64,000 bases of DNA from an uncultured Christensenellaceae bacterium (GTDB taxonomy: Bacteria > Bacillota > Clostridia > Christensenellales > SZUA-584), in contig CAYTUG010000010.1 of assembly GCA_964441275.1 (NCBI GenBank), positions 6,684-70,683 of the forward strand, read 5' to 3'. Position 1 is the stretch's first letter. Every line of letters begins with the position of its first letter. The notes beneath the pieces are model-generated. The model searched no databases, was not told where the DNA came from, and saw only the letters and a program-made list of their open reading frames with translations. Made by a program: the position numbers and the translations under genes. Shown here one piece after another: positions 60,130 through 64,000 of the stretch.

Positions 60130-60249
60130 TTATCCGTCATGCGGATTTGCCTCGTTGCTGTGAACAAGACGAATATTTTCAGGAAGCCCCAAATCGTTGT
60201 TCCTATTCTTAATTTTGGGCGCTCTTTTTTTTGTTTTTTTCTGTTTCAT
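60130..60249 (-). CDS. 39-aa basic small protein (below the ORF-track length cutoff)
   Basis: MKQKKTKKRAPKIKNRNNDLGLPENIRLVHSNEANPHDG*; AGGAG RBS; CATACTA upstream. Confidence 0.45.
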   Translation of the reverse strand: MKQKKTKKRAPKIKNRNNDLGLPENIRLVHSNEANPHDG

Positions 60250-60360
60250 AAGATGCTCCTTTTTGTTTTTAGTATGCGCAATAAGGCGTTTAGATAATCA
60301 TAAAACGAAATAAATCAGAGCGCATGCATAGCAATGCCAATCTTAGTATTTAGTTGCGCA

Positions 60361-60894
60361 TCAAAGCTGTTTTGCGTTTTCGGTTATCTGCGCAATTTCA
60401 TTTCTGCCCGCAAGTTTATTTATGGCTAACGCAATAAAGACAATGCCAAATAGGCTTACGGCAAGGCGGGTCAGTGTAAACAATGCGCCCATAGACGCAA
60501 ATTCGAAAAGAAGCATAGGAATTTTTGTCGTCGACCATGCGCCTATAAATAATAGTATGTTAATAAAACTTGAGCCTTTCTTCATAAAAATTGCGGCTAC
60601 CGGGAACGCGGCATAAAGCGGGCCCGCTGCGGCGGAACCGAGCAAAACGGCAAGAGCGCCTCCGCGGACTCCGGAACCTTTGCCTAAAAAACGTACCATT
60701 GTTTCGCGAGGCACCCAAACGTCAAGCAATCCCAAAAGCACGAATATAGGCGGCACCACAAGCAACATTTCTTTGATTCCCGTAAGCGATTTTTCAAACG
60801 CAACGCCACCCTTATCGGGCATAAAAATAAGCAAAGCTATAAGAACAACAAGGGTAACCAAAGAGAAAGAATATCGTTTAAGCAATTTTTTCAT
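60361..60894 (-). CDS. Predicted permease (DUF318/ArsP-like), subunit 2
   Basis: LLGLLDVWVP, GSAAAGPLYAAFPVA, GAWSTTKIPMLLFE. Confidence 0.8.
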   Translation of the reverse strand: MKKLLKRYSFSLVTLVVLIALLIFMPDKGGVAFEKSLTGIKEMLLVVPPIFVLLGLLDVWVPRETMVRFLGKGSGVRGGALAVLLGSAAAGPLYAAFPVAAIFMKKGSSFINILLFIGAWSTTKIPMLLFEFASMGALFTLTRLAVSLFGIVFIALAINKLAGRNEIAQITENAKQL

Positions 60895-60896
60895 AA

Positions 60897-61385
60897 TTAT
60901 CCTCCCATAACAATTCCGATGGCAAGCGCAGCGACAAAAGCAAAAATGAAAGATAAACCGTTACGCAGCAAAGCGGTTTTTTTACGTAAATATTTGATTT
61001 CCACCGGCAGGGTAACCACCCCAACCATCATAAGCGACGATACGAACGCGCCAACTTGCATGTAGCCGGCGCCGCCTGACAACAATAGAGCAGCGGTAGG
61101 GAATGCCACAAAGCCGGGTATCAGGGTGATTGCGCCGACAACCGAGGCGATAGCGACGCCGAGCCAGCCGGATTCTTTGCCCACGATAAGGCTCATAGTG
61201 GCGGCGTTTACGAATGTTAACAAAATACCCAAAAGTATCATTATGCCTATAATTTGGGGCAGTATGTTTTCAAACGCCTTCCAAGCTTTAATAAAAGCTT
61301 TTTTTGTTTTCTCTTTGTTTTTGATAAGCGATACAACTGAAAGCGCGACCGCAAGCGTATAGAATATGATGGTATCCAATCCCAT
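60897..61385 (-). CDS. Predicted permease (DUF318/ArsP-like), subunit 1
   Basis: KAWKAFENILP, GAITLIPGFVAFP, VGVVTLPVEIKY. Confidence 0.8.
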   Translation of the reverse strand: MGLDTIIFYTLAVALSVVSLIKNKEKTKKAFIKAWKAFENILPQIIGIMILLGILLTFVNAATMSLIVGKESGWLGVAIASVVGAITLIPGFVAFPTAALLLSGGAGYMQVGAFVSSLMMVGVVTLPVEIKYLRKKTALLRNGLSFIFAFVAALAIGIVMGG

Positions 61386-61403
61386 AATTTTGCCTCCAAC
61401 CTT

Positions 61404-61757
61404 TTATATATTTGTTTTGTCGTGAGCGTTGAGCAGTTTGGTTATCCGTTCCCGCCTGGCTTTTAGTATAGATATCCATTGCTCAAGCGCTACTTTGCCT
61501 TGTTGTGTTATACGGTAAACCCGGCGCTTAGGACCGTGGGCGCTTTGTTCCCAGACAGAGTTTACCCAGCCAAAATGCTCCATTCCGCGCAGCGTCCGGT
61601 ATAAGGTACTTATGTGCAGTTCATCGCTTTTAAAACCAAACGCTACAAGCTGATCGGCAAGCGCATAACCGTGCGCATCGCCCTTTTGGAGCAGCTCTAA
61701 CAAACACACTTCCATAAAACGGCGCATCTGCCCGCCGCACTGTTTTTCATTAATCAT
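61404..61757 (-). CDS. PadR family transcriptional regulator
   Basis: LLELLQKGDAHGYAL, STLYRTLRGME, GPKRRVYRITQQG; ATG 61757. Confidence 0.9.
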   Translation of the reverse strand: MINEKQCGGQMRRFMEVCLLELLQKGDAHGYALADQLVAFGFKSDELHISTLYRTLRGMEHFGWVNSVWEQSAHGPKRRVYRITQQGKVALEQWISILKARRERITKLLNAHDKTNI

Positions 61758-61879
61758 GCTACACCTACATTCACACAGACTATATACATAGCGCATATAG
61801 CGTCATCAACAATATATTAAAAAAGATTGTGTTTGTCAATAGTTTTTTTAATCGGCTTATAAGTTGTCAAATGATAAGT

Positions 61880-62420
61880 TCACCGGACTATTTATACACG
61901 ATATCACTTACAGAGCTGTATGATATAGCATATAAACCCAAGATGAAGATTGTCGATAATCTTATTTGCTTGGGAGTGTATCTGTTTGCGGGAGCACCAG
62001 AGGCGGGTAAATACTTTTATGGCTCAACTCGGGTACCATGTAAGCAGAGATGTTCCCCTGTGGGAGCATACGGTTTATAAAGGTACAGTATCTTGCTTTG
62101 GAGGGCGATTACGGAAGGCTACAAAAGCGTTTACCCCGTATATTTAGTATGGATGGTATTGACAACTTTCACTTTGCTACTCATGCCAAAAACCTGCGGG
62201 AAGGTCTGGACGGACAGTTAAAAAAGTTTATGCGGGAGCATCCCGATACCAAACTGATTATCATTGGTACCCTTCAAAGAATTCGTTAGGTGGGCGGCGA
62301 GAAATATAGTTACGCCAGCGATTATGAAATCGTAACACGACTCAAGCAAACTGCAGATCAGTATAACATATGCATCCTGATAGTCCATCATACACGGAAG
62401 CAAGACATTTCTCGAGATAG
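61880..62420 (+). pseudogene. Disrupted AAA_25/RepA-like helicase of a Clostridial integrative element
   Basis: Pieces in three frames (TISLTELYD..GVYLFAGAPEAGK / MAQLGYHVS..LW..KGTV / YLALEGDY..LIIIGTLQRIR*VGGEKYSYASDYE..LIVHHTRKQ): two frameshifts and a TAG at 62287. Confidence 0.8.
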
Positions 62421-62440
62421 ATAAACTGGGCCGGAAAAAG

Positions 62441-62770
62441 ATGTTCGGAAGAGTAGAATTAATCGAGCAGAATTACAAGGAGATGATATCCTTTGCAAAG
62501 GAAGGAATTCTTCCCCGGAATAAGATAACCGATTTGATACGGCAGTTACGCGAAAGTTCATCGGGGTTATTTAGTTCGCAGAGCAGCTGGGAACAGCTTT
62601 ACGAACAGACTATTGACTTTCATCAGACAATGAAGTTAGCACCGCAACACATAAAGGAAGTCTTTGCTGGGATATTCTTAAAGGATAGTGAAGAACGCGC
62701 AGCGCGGACGATGATCTTTGACGATTTTTATTGGAATTGCAAATTAAGCAGTATACAAAAGCGGGTGTAA
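62441..62770 (+). CDS. Hypothetical protein or fragment within the mobile-element remnant
   Basis: 109-aa ORF from the track; no recognised motif. Confidence 0.3.
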   Translation: MFGRVELIEQNYKEMISFAKEGILPRNKITDLIRQLRESSSGLFSSQSSWEQLYEQTIDFHQTMKLAPQHIKEVFAGIFLKDSEERAARTMIFDDFYWNCKLSSIQKRV

Positions 62771-62910
62771 TGTCCGCAAAAAAGCGTATGGTCTATATTT
62801 TTGGTGAAGTGATACAGTCTTTGGCGAGTACGTTGATTTCGTATAGACTGGCGTATTATGACAGTAAGGAAGGGCGGCAAGAGTTCGCGGGATGGAAAGA
62901 AAAGAGATAG
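62770..62910 (+). CDS. Small protein of the type found in Clostridial mobile elements
   Basis: Manual translation MSAKKRMVYIFGEVIQSLASTLISYRLAYYDSKEGRQEFAGWKEKR*; resembles the recalled xSEEGQREFAEWK motif. Confidence 0.5.
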   Translation: MSAKKRMVYIFGEVIQSLASTLISYRLAYYDSKEGRQEFAGWKEKR

Positions 62911-63025
62911 TAAGTCAGGCAATAGGGGAGACTGATAAACTTGAGTAGCATAAGCGGGTGCGCCGGTTTTCGGCTCGCATAGTTAAGGCTTTAGCCCGGT
63001 CGCCTTTTTTGTCTGCTGATTATTT

Positions 63026-64000
63026 TTAAACGATAAGCGAGGCTACAACAAAAAGTATTGCAGAGCCGCCGATGCCAACAAGGCTAATGGGCAGCTGCGA
63101 TTTAATATGTTCCATCAAAGGTATTTTTGATATTGTTGCGGACAGGATAGCGGTTTCCCCTAACGGGGAAGCGTTATCGCCAAGAGATCCCCCCGCCAAA
63201 ACGGCGCCGACGACTAAAGGTATGTTCAACCCCGTACCTACCGCTAAGGGGATTGCGATGGGCATAAGCAGCGCCCATGTTCCCCAAGCCGTGCCCATAA
63301 AGTATGACGCCGCACAGCCAATGAGATATAAAGCGGCAGGCAGGAGGAAAGCGGGCACTTTGTTAGCTACCATATTTCGGACAAAATCCGCAAACCCCAA
63401 ATCTTTAACTATGGCGGAAAGCCCCCAGCTTAGAACCAACACAATTATTGGCGTTATCATTTCGTTTCCGCCCGATAAAAAATGGCTTTCCAGCTCGCGC
63501 ATAGGGATTTTTCTAAACAGATAGAAAACAGTGGTCAAAACAACCGTAATAACTGCCGATACAAGTATAGACTTTTCAAAATCCGCATTCATCATTGCAT
63601 TAAAAACCCCGGGCTGTTTTGTGTTCCCGGTATACCAAAACAAAAAGAACGTTGACGCCACCAACAAAACAAGGGGTACAATTAAGTTTAAAGCGCGCGG
63701 GGGCGCCTTTTGTTCAAATTCGCATTGATGGTGCGCCTCATGCGCATTGTGCGCGCTTTCCTTCGTTTTGCCGCCGCTATGTACAATCTTGGTGAAACCG
63801 AAGTTAAATGTGATTAATGCCAAGCTTATAAGCAACATTATTATCGCGTAAAAGTTAAAAGGAATGCTTTTTACAAAAATACTGTATGCGGGTTCCGTTA
63901 CGCCCGCTTCGCTTATTGAAGAGGCAATGATGCTGACTATATAGCCAACGTATGTTGTTCCGAAAGGTATCAGAATTATTAAAAGGCATGAAGTAACGTT
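63026..64000 (-). CDS. NhaC-family Na+/H+ antiporter-like transporter (partial, 5' end beyond the window)
   Basis: Frame is open to the window end (NVTSCLLIILIPFGTTY...PFNFYAI); MGTAWGTWALLMP, GGSLGDNASP, HIKSQLP. Confidence 0.85.
   Translation of the reverse strand, partial: NVTSCLLIILIPFGTTYVGYIVSIIASSISEAGVTEPAYSIFVKSIPFNFYAIIMLLISLALITFNFGFTKIVHSGGKTKESAHNAHEAHHQCEFEQKAPPRALNLIVPLVLLVASTFFLFWYTGNTKQPGVFNAMMNADFEKSILVSAVITVVLTTVFYLFRKIPMRELESHFLSGGNEMITPIIVLVLSWGLSAIVKDLGFADFVRNMVANKVPAFLLPAALYLIGCAASYFMGTAWGTWALLMPIAIPLAVGTGLNIPLVVGAVLAGGSLGDNASPLGETAILSATISKIPLMEHIKSQLPISLVGIGGSAILFVVASLIV

Noticed and set aside
340-63728. Many antisense or nested ORFs in the six-frame track (e.g. 44246-45169, 48012-48971, 35940-36551, 27438-28004)
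   Set aside because: They lie opposite or within well-supported genes, lack RBSs and recognisable motifs, and read as codon shadows.
1-64000. tRNA or rRNA genes
   Set aside because: I saw no T-loop (GTTCRAATC)/cloverleaf or rRNA signatures by eye, including upstream of rpmG; a tRNAscan-SE run would be definitive.

Overview
Chromosomal segment of a spore-forming Clostridia-type firmicute (inferred from a gerA/gerC/gerB germination operon, SigA-type promoters and Firmicute ARG/CtsR boxes). Most of the window is housekeeping: nspC 3' end, germination receptor operon, panE, argC-B-D-F, a MacAB-like ABC system, rpmG-secE-nusG-rplK-rplA-rplJ-rplL, rpmB, copA, znuACB-like genes, mtnA, cbpA-clpB, c-di-GMP signalling proteins and a uridine kinase fusion. 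The standout is a phage gene set split into two apparently intact loci about 40 kb apart. Locus 1 (9568-17030) is a podovirus-like head/tail operon: portal, scaffold, P22-type capsid, decoration, adaptor, tail tube B and tail fibre. Locus 2 (56927-59651) has a holin-like gene, a virion-like protein, a divergent CI/Cro-like switch with recognisable promoters and operators, and a RinA/ArpU-type late activator. I found no terminase, integrase, replication or endolysin gene in the window. Both late-type operons are preceded by a similar tandem TGAG(C/T)G motif. This fits a domesticated, dispersed gene-transfer-agent-like (GTA-like) system; that is a hypothesis, not shown. Other points: a SpoIID-dockerin-SH3 hydrolase beside a possible cohesin-like anchor, a GNAT translationally coupled to an arg operon lacking argJ, two small ORFs below the track cutoff (Cys-rich and basic), and a decayed mobile-element remnant near 62 kb. 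All family assignments are from motif recognition, without database searches.
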